Source of the DNA: Alphaproteobacteria bacterium
Lineage (GTDB): Bacteria; Pseudomonadota; Alphaproteobacteria; UBA7887
Direction: 5' to 3'
Length of the DNA: 64,000 bases
Assembly: GCA_965216755.1 (NCBI GenBank)
Contig: CBDCGL010000011.1
Coordinates: forward strand, 288,001-352,000
Positions 20,547-29,721 of the stretch are shown piece after piece; position 1 is the first letter of the stretch, and each line of letters begins with the position of its first letter. The position numbers were made by a program, and so were the translations under genes. The notes below the pieces were generated by a model. It worked only from the letters and a program-made list of their open reading frames with translations. It ran no database searches and was not told the origin of the DNA.

Positions 20547-20622
20547 TGGCTCCCCGGGCCGGACTCGAACCAGCGACAAGTCGGTTAACAGCCGACTGCT
20601 CTACCAACTGAGCTACCGGGGA
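20547..20622 (-). tRNA. tRNA-Asn(GTT)
   Basis: TCCCCGGTAGCTCAGTTGGTAGAGCAGTCGGCT-GTT-AACCGACTTGTCGCTGGTTCGAGTCCGGCCCGGGGAGCCA, 76 nt with CCA. Confidence 0.97.
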
Positions 20623-20683
20623 TCAGAGATCAATCTAGCGTAGTCCTGCCTCCAAATCCAGTATGCTGTGCGGCATTTCGGTG

Positions 20684-22051
20684 TCACTCGGCGGCGAGCG
20701 ACGGCAGGCCCGCAAGCGCCATCGCCAGCTCGGATTCGTCGTACGACTGGTCGGTCAGTTTGCCTGCGAAATAGTCGGTGTAGGCCTGCATGTCGAAATG
20801 GCCATGACCGCACAGATTGAACAAGATGGTCCGGCCTACGCCGGCTTCCTTGCACTTCAGTGCCTCGTCGATGGCGCCCTTGACCGCGTGATTGGCCTCC
20901 GGCGCGGGCAAAATGCCCTCGGTGCGGGCGAACTGCACGCCGGCGGCGAAACATTCCAGCTGATGGTAGGCCCGGGCCTCGATCAGGTCGAGCTGATGCA
21001 GATGACTGATCAGCGGCGCCATTCCGTGATAGCGGAGCCCACCGGCATGGAACGGCGGCGGCACAAACGTTGACCCGAGCGTATGCATCTTGACCAACGG
21101 CGTCAGATGCGACGTGTCACCAAAGTCGTAGGCGTATTTGCCCCGGGTGAGCGACGGGCATGCGGCCGGCTCCACGGCGACCACGCGTGTTGAATGGCCT
21201 TCGCGCAGGTTCTTGCCGATAAATGGAAATGTGAGGCCGGCAAAGTTGCTGCCGCCGCCGGTGCAACCGACCAAAATGTCAGGCCAATTGCCGGCCATCT
21301 CCATTTGAATCATGGCTTCGAGCCCGACCACGGTTTGATGCATCAGCACATGGTTCAAAACGCTGCCCAAGGCGTATTTGGTGTCGTCGTTCTTGGCCGC
21401 GATTTCGACCGCCTCGGAAATGGCGATGCCGAGACTGCCGGACGAGTCCGGATGTTCGGCGAGGATTGCACGGCCGGCTTCAGTCTCGTCTGATGGGCTG
21501 GCGACACAGCGCGCGCCATAGGTCTCCATCAGCGCGCGCCGATAGGGCTTCTGCTGGAAGCTCACCTTGACCATGTAGACGTCGATCTCGAGGCCGAACA
21601 GGGCGCCGGCAAATGCCAGCGATGAGCCCCATTGGCCGGCGCCGGTTTCCGTGCTGATTTTTTTGACGCCGGTTTCCTTATTGTAGAACGCCTGCGCCAC
21701 CGCGGTGTTGGGCTTGTGGCTCCCGGCCGGGCTAACACCTTCATATTTATAATAAATTTTGGCCGGCGTATCGAGCGCCGCTTCCAGCCGCCGGGCGCGG
21801 TATAGGGGCGTTGGGCGCCACTCTCGATAGACATCGCGGACCGGTCCGGGAATCTCGATCTCACGCTCGGTCGAGACTTCCTGGCCGATCAAAGGCATGG
21901 GGAAAAGCGGCGCCAAATCGTCCGGGCCGATCGGCTGTTGTGTGCCCGGATGAATGACCGGGGGTAACGGTTGCGGCAGATCCGCTTGAATATTGTACCA
22001 GGCGGTCGGGATCTGATCTTCTTGCAGTAGATATTTGATGGTTTCCGACAT
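20684..22051 (-). CDS. trpB2: TrpB2-type tryptophan synthase beta / PLP-dependent enzyme
   Basis: [29 protein letters not shown] (PLP Lys), [36 protein letters not shown]; GGAGG RBS before ATG 22051. Confidence 0.93.
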   Translation of the reverse strand: MSETIKYLLQEDQIPTAWYNIQADLPQPLPPVIHPGTQQPIGPDDLAPLFPMPLIGQEVSTEREIEIPGPVRDVYREWRPTPLYRARRLEAALDTPAKIYYKYEGVSPAGSHKPNTAVAQAFYNKETGVKKISTETGAGQWGSSLAFAGALFGLEIDVYMVKVSFQQKPYRRALMETYGARCVASPSDETEAGRAILAEHPDSSGSLGIAISEAVEIAAKNDDTKYALGSVLNHVLMHQTVVGLEAMIQMEMAGNWPDILVGCTGGGSNFAGLTFPFIGKNLREGHSTRVVAVEPAACPSLTRGKYAYDFGDTSHLTPLVKMHTLGSTFVPPPFHAGGLRYHGMAPLISHLHQLDLIEARAYHQLECFAAGVQFARTEGILPAPEANHAVKGAIDEALKCKEAGVGRTILFNLCGHGHFDMQAYTDYFAGKLTDQSYDESELAMALAGLPSLAAE

Positions 22052-22201
22052 CGGACCTCCCTCGGTGGCATCCGGACCAGTCATTGTTGTGTGTCCGGTG
22101 GCCGCTGCGGCCAAGACATTGATATTGCCTCGCTCACGACGCGTCACACGACCTTAACATTCTGGCGACCGGCGGCAAGTTTGATGGCCGTCCGGCAATG
22201 A

Positions 22202-23218
22202 TCATCGGTTTTCGCTGGTGGAGCCCGGGGATCGGCCCGCGCCGGTAGCGGTGCGAAACACACGCCGCAGGGCGTGCCGATGGACAACCATCACGGCGCC
22301 GACGACACAAGCCAACGCCGTGGCTTCCAAGGCGCCGAACGGTTCGCCAAGGCCAATTGCGCCCGCCGCGACACCAACAACCGGTAGCATGAGCGTCGAC
22401 AGTGCGGCAACGCCCGCGGTGTAGAGGTCGAGGATCCGGAACCACAGCCAATAGCCAATGATACTGGCAGCAACCATGTTGTAGATCAAAGCGGCCGTGG
22501 CGTTTGGGTTCCAGGATACGGGGCGTGGGTTCTCAAGGGCCATGGCAAGCGCGACCGTCGGCAGGGTCGCCATCACCAGTTGCCAGCCGACAAAGGCAGC
22601 CACCGTCAGGTTCACGGGCCGGTACTTCGTCAGGACGCTGCCAAGCGCCCATGACACGGCGGCGCCGACCATCAACAATGCGCCAAGGGGAGATCGGCGG
22701 GCGCCGCCCAGATCATCTCCCAACAACAACAGAATTCCGGCGGCGCCCAGCGTTAGTGCCAGCACATGGTCGCCACGCAAGCGATCTCTGAGAATGATCG
22801 CACCGAATAGGACACTCCAAGCCGGCATTGTATAGGCCAGCACGGCCGCCCGCCCGGATTCGAGCAGTGGCACACCAAACGCCGTCAGCACTTGCCAAAG
22901 AAATACGTTAAATAGGGCAAGCACACAGATCCAGACGACTTCATCGCGGCGCGGCAACACGCGCTTGCCGGCCAGACGTGCCGCGAGCAACAAACCGATG
23001 GCGCCGGCCAAACCGGTCAATGCACGGAAGGTGAACGGGGGGATCTGCGTCAATCCCACCTTCATGATGGGCCAGTTGATTCCCCACAGAATTGTTAGGC
23101 CGATGACCAAAAGTAGGCCAACCGGCATCAGGCCAGGGGCCGTCGCACGGATGCTGCTGAACGCGCTTTGACCGCTATCGCTGGGCCGGTGTTCACGCCC
23201 CGGCCGCGGGTCGGTCAT
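22202..23218 (-). CDS. EamA/DMT family transporter
   Basis: About 10 TM; LWGINWPIMKVGL..IPP, LAYTMPAW. Confidence 0.9.
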   Translation of the reverse strand: MTDPRPGREHRPSDSGQSAFSSIRATAPGLMPVGLLLVIGLTILWGINWPIMKVGLTQIPPFTFRALTGLAGAIGLLLAARLAGKRVLPRRDEVVWICVLALFNVFLWQVLTAFGVPLLESGRAAVLAYTMPAWSVLFGAIILRDRLRGDHVLALTLGAAGILLLLGDDLGGARRSPLGALLMVGAAVSWALGSVLTKYRPVNLTVAAFVGWQLVMATLPTVALAMALENPRPVSWNPNATAALIYNMVAASIIGYWLWFRILDLYTAGVAALSTLMLPVVGVAAGAIGLGEPFGALEATALACVVGAVMVVHRHALRRVFRTATGAGRSPGSTSENR

Positions 23219-23429
23219 GCCAGCACTCTAATTTGTCCGCCATGGTCGCCATCCGGCGGTGGCGGGACGCGGTTTGGATCGCTAATACGTAGCGAGAACC
23301 TGCCCGATGGCAAGAATTGCCGACAGCGCCTGGCACACGCAAAGTAGAACAATTGCCCTATCTATCAACGTCTTAGCAAGATCGATCTTGATCATTTCGT
23401 GACCCCCTATATGGCAACAGGTCGGGTCA

Positions 23430-23446
23430 CGCAACATTTGTGCCAC
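23430..23446 (-). promoter_or_regulatory. sigma54 (-24/-12) promoter facing eamA-trpB2
   Basis: Minus strand GTGGCAC-AAATG-TTGCG, exact GG-N10-GC spacing. Confidence 0.6.
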
Positions 23447-23558
23447 AGTGTCGGCCGCGACTTACCACCGGAATCGCGCGGACCCATGACGCATCGACCA
23501 TCCCGCTCCGAACTCAGGGCTGGAGGAATCCAATAGCACAACCTTTGGCTGTGGCGGC

Positions 23559-23864
23559 CTAGGCCGCTTCTTCTGGGAGAGAATCAGCGGCGGCGGCGGT
23601 TTCCAATCGGTTCATTCCCAGAGCATGGCAATAAAGGTCGAGCAGGGCCTCTTGCTCTTGCCGCTGATGGTCCTCCATCTTGCGCAGACGTACGATTTGG
23701 CGCATGACGCGGACATCGAACCCGACACTTTTGGCTTCCGAGTAGACGTCGCGAATATCGTCCGAAAGTGACTTCTTTTCCTCCTCAAGTCTTTCGATTC
23801 GCTCAATGAACGATGTGAGACGATCACCGGAAATGCCACCAACTCTTATCATGCCAATTGTCAC
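23559..23864 (-). CDS. gapR: GapR (DUF2312) nucleoid-associated protein
   Basis: [55 protein letters not shown]. Confidence 0.92.
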   Translation of the reverse strand: MTIGMIRVGGISGDRLTSFIERIERLEEEKKSLSDDIRDVYSEAKSVGFDVRVMRQIVRLRKMEDHQRQEQEALLDLYCHALGMNRLETAAAADSLPEEAA

Positions 23865-24069
23865 TCCCGCCTTCTATTGGAATGCCGCGCGAAATTTGAG
23901 TCTTTTGCCGCCGCGATCATACGGCCTTGCCCTCTTCGATGCGACCGTTTTTCGGACGAGATCATTGTGATATCGTTATGTTCGGGTGCGTTTGAAGACC
24001 ACGTCCGTCCGGCGTTTCGGAATAAGAGGCGGGCCGTCGAGACAAAAGACACGTTTCAGGAGAGGTAAT

Positions 24070-24666
24070 TTGGTTTTGCGGGGATTCTTATTGTTGTTAC
24101 TCGCGTTGTGCTTTGGACCAGCGGCGCACGGTGATCCGCAAGCCATCGGCCTTTCCGGAAAATTGCTGGTTGCCGCGCCGTCGATGCCAGACGGCCGTTT
24201 CAAAAACACGGTGATATTCATTTGTCGGCATTCACGCGCCGGCGCCCTGGGCTTGGTTTTGAACAAAGAGTTGGGGACTGTTCCGGCGACGGTCGTGGCG
24301 GAGCAATATTCCGTCGATGACGTTGAGACCGACACCGCGTTCCGCTTGGTGTGGGGGGGGCCGGTCGATTGGCGGCGCAGCTTCATTCTGCATTCGCGCG
24401 ATTACGTGGCGGAGAGCTCTTTGGTTGTCGATGAGGAGGTCGCGCTCACTTCGGACGGACGCATTGTTGAGGATATCTTGAGCGGCCAGGGACCGAGCCA
24501 ATTTGTGTTTGCCTTGGGCTATGCTGGCTGGGGGCCTGGGCAACTTGAATGGGAGCTGGAGCGCGACGACTGGATTACAGTTCCAGCGGATTCGGATTTT
24601 GTGTTTGGTGGTGATTTGGCGGAGATGTGGGAGGCTGCGCGGCAATTGCAGAGCCTAGATCTTTAG
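24070..24666 (+). CDS. YqgE/AlgH family protein with signal-peptide-like N-terminus
   Basis: LSGKLLVAAPSMPDGRF, GALGLVLN, WGGPV, ALGYAGWGPGQLE.EL; TTG at 24070 after GGAGAGG. Confidence 0.88.
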   Translation: MVLRGFLLLLLALCFGPAAHGDPQAIGLSGKLLVAAPSMPDGRFKNTVIFICRHSRAGALGLVLNKELGTVPATVVAEQYSVDDVETDTAFRLVWGGPVDWRRSFILHSRDYVAESSLVVDEEVALTSDGRIVEDILSGQGPSQFVFALGYAGWGPGQLEWELERDDWITVPADSDFVFGGDLAEMWEAARQLQSLDL

Positions 24667-24672
24667 GTCGTT

Positions 24673-25521
24673 GTGATCGACGCTCAAGCGACCGGCGGAC
24701 TCAGAGTGCGGCGTGCTATGTGCTGCTGGTCAAGAATGATCGCTGGATTCCTTCTGCTGCTGATTATGGGATCTGGCGGCTTGGTCGCGACGGTTCGTGC
24801 CGAAACAGTCGAGATTGTGGGCAGTTACGCCCACGACCCCGCGGCCTTCACGCAAGGGCTTATCTTCGAGAACGGCGTGATGTTCGAAAGCACGGGGCTT
24901 TATGGCCAGTCGACAGTGCGTCGTGTCGCGTTATCCAGTGGCCAGGTCGAGCAAATGGCGGCGCTGCCCGAGGGGTTATTTGGTGAGGGTCTCACGCTGT
25001 GGCGCGACAAGCTGGTTCAGTTGACCTGGCGTTCAGGGATCGGCATCGCCTACGACGTTGACACATTCCGCCCGGTTCACAGTTTTCGGTATCCAGGCGA
25101 GGGGTGGGGACTGACCCACGATGGCCATCAGCTGATCATGAGCGACGGCACGGCTCAGCTCCGTTTTCTGGATCCGGAAACCTACCAAGAGAAACGCCGT
25201 GTCGAGGTTGTTGATGGCGCACAACCCATCGACAATCTCAACGAGTTGGAGTTCGTATCCAACCAGGTGTGGGCCAACATCTGGCAGCAAGACAGGATCG
25301 CACGCATATCACCGGTGGATGGCCGTGTCCTGGGCTGGCTGGATTTTTCCAGCTTGGCGGCCGAAGTGCGTGCGCAGGCGCCGTCTGCGGGTGTGCTCAA
25401 TGGGATCGCGTTTGACGCCGAAAGCGGACGAACGTTCATCACCGGGAAGAATTGGCCTCGGATCTATGAGATCTCGGTTCCCAGTCTCACGCCAGGCGCG
25501 AAATCGCCGCAAGTTCATTGA
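24673..25521 (+). CDS. glutaminyl-peptide cyclotransferase (type I glutaminyl cyclase), exported
   Basis: HDPAAFTQGL, ESTGLYG, FGEG, QLTW, EGWGL, MSDG, NLNELE, VLNGIA, ITGKNWP; true start probably 24718 or 24736. Confidence 0.93.
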   Translation: MIDAQATGGLRVRRAMCCWSRMIAGFLLLLIMGSGGLVATVRAETVEIVGSYAHDPAAFTQGLIFENGVMFESTGLYGQSTVRRVALSSGQVEQMAALPEGLFGEGLTLWRDKLVQLTWRSGIGIAYDVDTFRPVHSFRYPGEGWGLTHDGHQLIMSDGTAQLRFLDPETYQEKRRVEVVDGAQPIDNLNELEFVSNQVWANIWQQDRIARISPVDGRVLGWLDFSSLAAEVRAQAPSAGVLNGIAFDAESGRTFITGKNWPRIYEISVPSLTPGAKSPQVH

Positions 25522-25584
25522 GGCACGGCCAAAATATATGGGCGATGGGCGGCGAGGCGCCTAATCTCGGAGCGTTTCCGAACG

Positions 25585-25611
25585 AAAAAGGCAGCCCCGA
25601 ATGGGGCTGCT
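25585..25611 (-). terminator. intrinsic terminator with U-tail on the minus strand
   Basis: Minus strand GCAGCCCC-ATTC-GGGGCTGC-CTTTTT. Confidence 0.7.
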
Positions 25612-26156
25612 AGGTACCTTGCTATCCGCGTCGAACGGAAACGCATCGAGCGTACGGTGCGCACCCTACGGGCGCGAAACCGTGTTCGAACAGTGGGAGC
25701 CTATCAGTGGTCATGTCGCGCGGGAAATACCGTGTGCGGATTACAACAATCCATTCCTTGACTGTGTTTCGATGAACACAGTTGTTTCAGTTGTGAAACA
25801 TCGCAGGTCGGTTTGGACCATCCAGGCGCCGCGTAAGTCTCTGTGATACAATATATAATCTGGTTGCGTGTTATGCGCGGCGGCCATGGCAATTGTGTTG
25901 ATTTCATAAAGTTTACAGTCGATGCCGAGCGCGGACATGGATGTCGGGCATCAAGGGAAAACCCGAAGGTCGCCAAGCTCCCAATTGTTATTGTGATAAA
26001 TCAGTATGTTGTGACCTAAAGGGGACATTCATCCGCCCAACTTGGTTGTGGCATATGTGATTTCACGCGTGACGCTTTTTGTAAAGGTTGCGTCGTTGAA
26101 ACAAGCCGCGAGTCCACATTTGTCAATCTCCACCCGCGGATTGAAAAAAGTAAAAA

Positions 26157-26169
26157 TATCAGTCTGTTA
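26157..26169 (+). promoter_or_regulatory. IHF-type site
   Basis: TATCAGTCTGTTA matches WATCARNNNNTTR and is preceded by an A-tract. A second match AATCAGTATGTTG lies at 25999-26011. Confidence 0.55.
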
Positions 26170-26184
26170 AGAGCTTATCAGAAA

Positions 26185-26201
26185 TTGGCGCGGTGATTGC
26201 A
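26185..26201 (+). promoter_or_regulatory. sigma54 (-24/-12) promoter
   Basis: TTGGCGCG-GTGA-TTGCA, GG-N10-GC spacing, immediately downstream of the IHF-type site. Confidence 0.7.
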
Positions 26202-26369
26202 TGTTAAGGCGCAGTCGGTGTCCTTTTGGGCGGTGGGATCTTTCCATAAGGACTACGGTGCGCACTTTCCTGTGGCGGTGCCGTTGCTGGCTCGCCCCGA
26301 GGACGGTGGGACAAGTCCCCAGGTTTCGGGACGCCGAGACTAAGGATCGAACGAGGAGGTAAATAAGGA

Positions 26370-27539
26370 ATGCGTACTAGGGCCCTATTGGTAGCAGCGT
26401 CTGCGACGGCTTTGGCTGTCGGTTTCGCCGCTGGCGCCAACGCGCAAGAGGATTCGCAGGCCAACCTTGGCATCGCTGGCATCGTGGCGGGTAATGCCAA
26501 CGCTGAGAGCACAGCGGACAACGATTTCATTGATGCCGATGGCAATCTTTCCGGCAACAACGCTGGTTTGGGTAATGCCAGCAACGGTGCCACTGCGGAT
26601 AATGATTTTGCCGACAACAAGGAAGGCACGGTCGACAACGATGTCGTCGATCTCGACGCCGGAACGGCGAAAATCACGGACACCGCCGTTCTCGGTAGCA
26701 ACAACAAAGCCGAATACGGATTCTGGTACGGATCGAACAATGTGTTCCTGTATGACGCCAGCATTCACAACAACATCGCGATGCTGAGTTCGGCGTATCT
26801 GCAAGCGCAAATCAGCGAAGTGAGCATGTTCAATATCGCTGCTCACGGCGCGGCGACAGGCGGCGCGGGCCTTGCTTATGCTGGCGGTGCGGCCGTCAGC
26901 GGGGCGGCTGGTGCGGCGGACGCCTATGCCGATGGTAACTCCGCGGCGGGTAACTACAACGACGCGAGCGCCGGCGCCTTTGCTGACTCGATTGGGCTGT
27001 CCGGTGGCAACACTGGCGGCGACACCACCAATACTGGTGGGCATTCCACCGCAGCTGGCGGCGCCGCGGCCAATAACGGCACCGGCGTTGCAATCGGCGG
27101 CGGCGGGGCAGAGAACACAACGACGGTCGGCGACGGTGAGGGCGATGCGGCTGGATCGGCGGCGGCTGGCGGCGGTGCCGAAGGCAGCGGCGGCGAAGTC
27201 GGTGGCAGCACGGCATCATCCGGTTCAGAAGCCGGCGCGACGGCGGGCGACGCCACCGCGTCAGCAGGTGCTGGATCGGTGGGTAACCCGGCCAGTGCGG
27301 CGAATACGACATCGTCAGCCGCTATGAACGACACGGCCGCGCTTGTCGGTGGTGGCGTTCAGACCACGACTCTCAGCTTTGCTTTCAAGACTGGTGACAT
27401 CACCACCCGGATCTCGGAACTCAGTGGTGTTAACCCGATCATGCAAAACACCGGTTTTGCGTCCAACCAGAACGCGTCAATTAGCGTCAACGCCATGGTT
27501 GGTAGCGTGAACGGCAGTGGCACGATTGGGAACCGCTAG
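26370..27539 (+). CDS. secreted Gly/Ala/Asn-rich low-complexity protein, paralog 1 (candidate fibre/amyloid subunit)
   Basis: GAGGAGG RBS region; Sec signal ending AGANA|Q; repeated ADND motifs; no Cys; C-terminal GVNPIMQNTGFASNQNASISVNA. Confidence 0.85.
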   Translation: MRTRALLVAASATALAVGFAAGANAQEDSQANLGIAGIVAGNANAESTADNDFIDADGNLSGNNAGLGNASNGATADNDFADNKEGTVDNDVVDLDAGTAKITDTAVLGSNNKAEYGFWYGSNNVFLYDASIHNNIAMLSSAYLQAQISEVSMFNIAAHGAATGGAGLAYAGGAAVSGAAGAADAYADGNSAAGNYNDASAGAFADSIGLSGGNTGGDTTNTGGHSTAAGGAAANNGTGVAIGGGGAENTTTVGDGEGDAAGSAAAGGGAEGSGGEVGGSTASSGSEAGATAGDATASAGAGSVGNPASAANTTSSAAMNDTAALVGGGVQTTTLSFAFKTGDITTRISELSGVNPIMQNTGFASNQNASISVNAMVGSVNGSGTIGNR

Positions 27540-27586
27540 GCTTCATGTTTCGCGGACGAGACAAAAGAGATCCGATGGAGGTTTTG

Positions 27587-28843
27587 GTGAATAAGATTGT
27601 TCTAATGACGGCGGTTTCCGCGATGGCTCTGGGCTTGGCCCAGACGGCCGCGGCGCAGCCGAATGAAAGTCCAGTCAGCGACTCCCAGTTGAATGTGGGT
27701 GTCGAAGAGGGGGCGAGCCTGGGGAACGCAAATACCGGAAGCACGGCGGACAATGACGTTCTCGACATCGATCTGATGGCCGATAACAACAATATTGGCG
27801 CCGGCAATGCAGCCGGTGAAGGGTCGCAGGCTGACAACGACGTGATCGATAACAAGGGCGGCACGATCGATAATGACGGCCTCGATGTGAATGCTGAGGA
27901 CCTCGATTACGCAAAAAGCCTGACCGTGAACAGCGGCAATACCGCGATCTGGAAAGAGATGTGGTATTCAGGCAACAGCGCGGTGTTTGATCACAGCATT
28001 CACAGCAATATCGCCATGTTGAGCCAAGCTCAGTTGGGCGCCGCGGTGACTGGCATCAATATGTTCCAGATTATCGCGACCGGTCAGGCATCCGGAGGCG
28101 CCGGCGCGGCGATTGCGGACGGCGTGGCCGCGTCTGAAGCCATCGGTGTCTCAGGCGCCAAGGCGGATGGCAATTCGCTCTCTGGCAACCTGAACCACTC
28201 CGGTTCGCGTTCGGGCGCCGGTAGTGCAGCGCTTTCCGGTGGCAATACCGGTGGCACGGCAAACAACAGCGGCGGCAATGCCGATGCGACCGGTGGTCCA
28301 GCGGCCAACAATGCAGCTACGGGTATCGCAATTGGTGGTGCCAATGCGAGCGGTCCTATTCCGGTTACCGGAGGCGGGTTCTCGACCGTGGCGGCGGAGA
28401 AAGAGCCGGGTGGTGCCGCGAACAAGACCAACATCGAAGACGGTGGCGGAGACGCCGCAGCCAATGCGGACCGGGGCGGTACGGCGGCTGGCGACGGCGG
28501 TTCGGTCGGTGAAACTGGTGCCGAATCGAATGCGGCGGCCAATGCCGAGTCGGGTAAGGCCGAAGCCACGGCTGAATCCAGTGAAGTGGCGAATAAGGCA
28601 GATGCCAAGAACGACACCGATTCGAGTGCGACCAACAAGAACCTGGCCGCTATCGAAGGGGCGACGCAACACACGAAGCTCAGCTTCGATCTTGCGACCG
28701 GCAACTTGGGCGGTGCGATCTCGGGTCTGAACGGCGTCAATCCGGTCATGCAGAACGCTGGTTTCGCGCATAACCAGAACACGTCGTTGAGCGTCAATGC
28801 GATGGTCGGCAGCGTGAACGGCGCGGGCGGTATCGGGAACTAG
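27587..28843 (+). CDS. secreted Gly/Ala/Asn-rich low-complexity protein, paralog 2
   Basis: GGAGG then GTG at 27587; signal ending TAAA|Q; colinear with paralog 1 (SIHxNIAMLS, ADGNS, LSGGNTGG, GVNPxMQNxGFAxNQNxSxSVNAMVGSVNG). Confidence 0.85.
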   Translation: MNKIVLMTAVSAMALGLAQTAAAQPNESPVSDSQLNVGVEEGASLGNANTGSTADNDVLDIDLMADNNNIGAGNAAGEGSQADNDVIDNKGGTIDNDGLDVNAEDLDYAKSLTVNSGNTAIWKEMWYSGNSAVFDHSIHSNIAMLSQAQLGAAVTGINMFQIIATGQASGGAGAAIADGVAASEAIGVSGAKADGNSLSGNLNHSGSRSGAGSAALSGGNTGGTANNSGGNADATGGPAANNAATGIAIGGANASGPIPVTGGGFSTVAAEKEPGGAANKTNIEDGGGDAAANADRGGTAAGDGGSVGETGAESNAAANAESGKAEATAESSEVANKADAKNDTDSSATNKNLAAIEGATQHTKLSFDLATGNLGGAISGLNGVNPVMQNAGFAHNQNTSLSVNAMVGSVNGAGGIGN

Positions 28844-28864
28844 TCCCGAAACCGAGGGATGATC

Positions 28865-28898
28865 GCAGCGAACATCCGCGTAGAGCGATGTTCGCTGC
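28865..28898. terminator. 12-bp perfect hairpin after paralog 2 (stabiliser or attenuator)
   Basis: GCAGCGAACATC / GATGTTCGCTGC; no U-tail. Confidence 0.5.
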
Positions 28899-29033
28899 CC
28901 ATTCCAAAAAGGACATCAGAGGCGCTGGACCGTGGTTTCGTGGTTCGGCGCTTCGGGTGCATCTGCGGGGTGACTATTGGACAGTGCGTGATCCGCAGGG
29001 ATGCGGGCGCGCCAACCGAGTAAGGAGAAAACT

Positions 29034-29444
29034 GTGCGGTATATAACCCTGCTTGCCATAACTGCCATCACAGGTCTCGGGTTCGGCGCGATCGATGGCG
29101 CTGTTGCTCAAGAGACGACGCCCGCTTCTATCGCCGCGCTTGGACCTCAAATCGGGGACGGCGATCTTGGCGTGGTCACTGGCCAGGAGATCCCGGCATA
29201 CGATCCGAACACGGGCATTCCGTTGGATACAGGTGACCAAGAACAAGAGCCCATGCCACAGGACATCCAAATCATGACGGATGGCCTGAAGACCTACGGG
29301 GCGGATTTGGGAACCGGTTTAAGCCAATTGGGCCAAATGAATCAGCTGGGCCAAATTGGTTCAATCTCCCAAATCGGGAATGCGACACAAGCCATGGCGG
29401 CTGGGTTGCAGGACTCCGTGGGTTGGATGCGACCGACAAATTAG
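29034..29444 (+). CDS. small secreted protein with Gln-rich repeats
   Basis: AAGGAG RBS then GTG; signal ending GAVA|Q; GPQIGDGDLGVVTG; repeats SQLGQMNQLGQIGSISQIG. Confidence 0.75.
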   Translation: MRYITLLAITAITGLGFGAIDGAVAQETTPASIAALGPQIGDGDLGVVTGQEIPAYDPNTGIPLDTGDQEQEPMPQDIQIMTDGLKTYGADLGTGLSQLGQMNQLGQIGSISQIGNATQAMAAGLQDSVGWMRPTN

Positions 29445-29479
29445 TCGGCGCGATATAACAAATATTGATGTTCGATCCG

Positions 29480-29510
29480 AAAGGGCTGCGTTCCGCGCAG
29501 CCCTTTTTTC
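29480..29510 (+). terminator. intrinsic terminator closing the secreted-protein locus
   Basis: AAAGGGCTGCG-TTCCG-CGCAGCCCTTT-TTTC. Confidence 0.85.
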
Positions 29511-29721
29511 TTTGCCGTCACTGAATTACATCGTCATTCAGAGTTTGAATGCACAAAACTGCGGATACAGCACTGGTTTCCAAGTCTTTTGACGTGACAT
29601 GTAAATAACAGGATCATTTGTTCTTCGCGCAAGTTAATCTAGGAAATGTCACAAGACATTCAAGAAATACGAAGTGTAAGGTATTGGGGTCCTGCAATAT
29701 TCGGAAATAAGGAAGTCGAAA

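Noticed and set aside
20357-20611. Small ORFs over the tRNA-Asn region
   Set aside because: They are translations of the tRNA and its terminator
18087-20622. Prophage or integrative element at tRNA-Asn
   Set aside because: No integrase and no duplicated tRNA 3' end (att site) found
25953-26030. GGGAAAACC-CGAA-GG-TCGCCAAGC resembling a c-di-GMP-I riboswitch
   Set aside because: P2 stem is too short, the GGCAAAC and GACGCAAAGC cores are mismatched, and it lies upstream of the predicted promoter
26204-28797. Long minus-strand Ala/Pro/Ser-rich ORFs over the secreted-protein genes
   Set aside because: Antisense shadows of low-complexity GC-rich coding sequence; the plus strand has the RBS, signal peptides and paralogy
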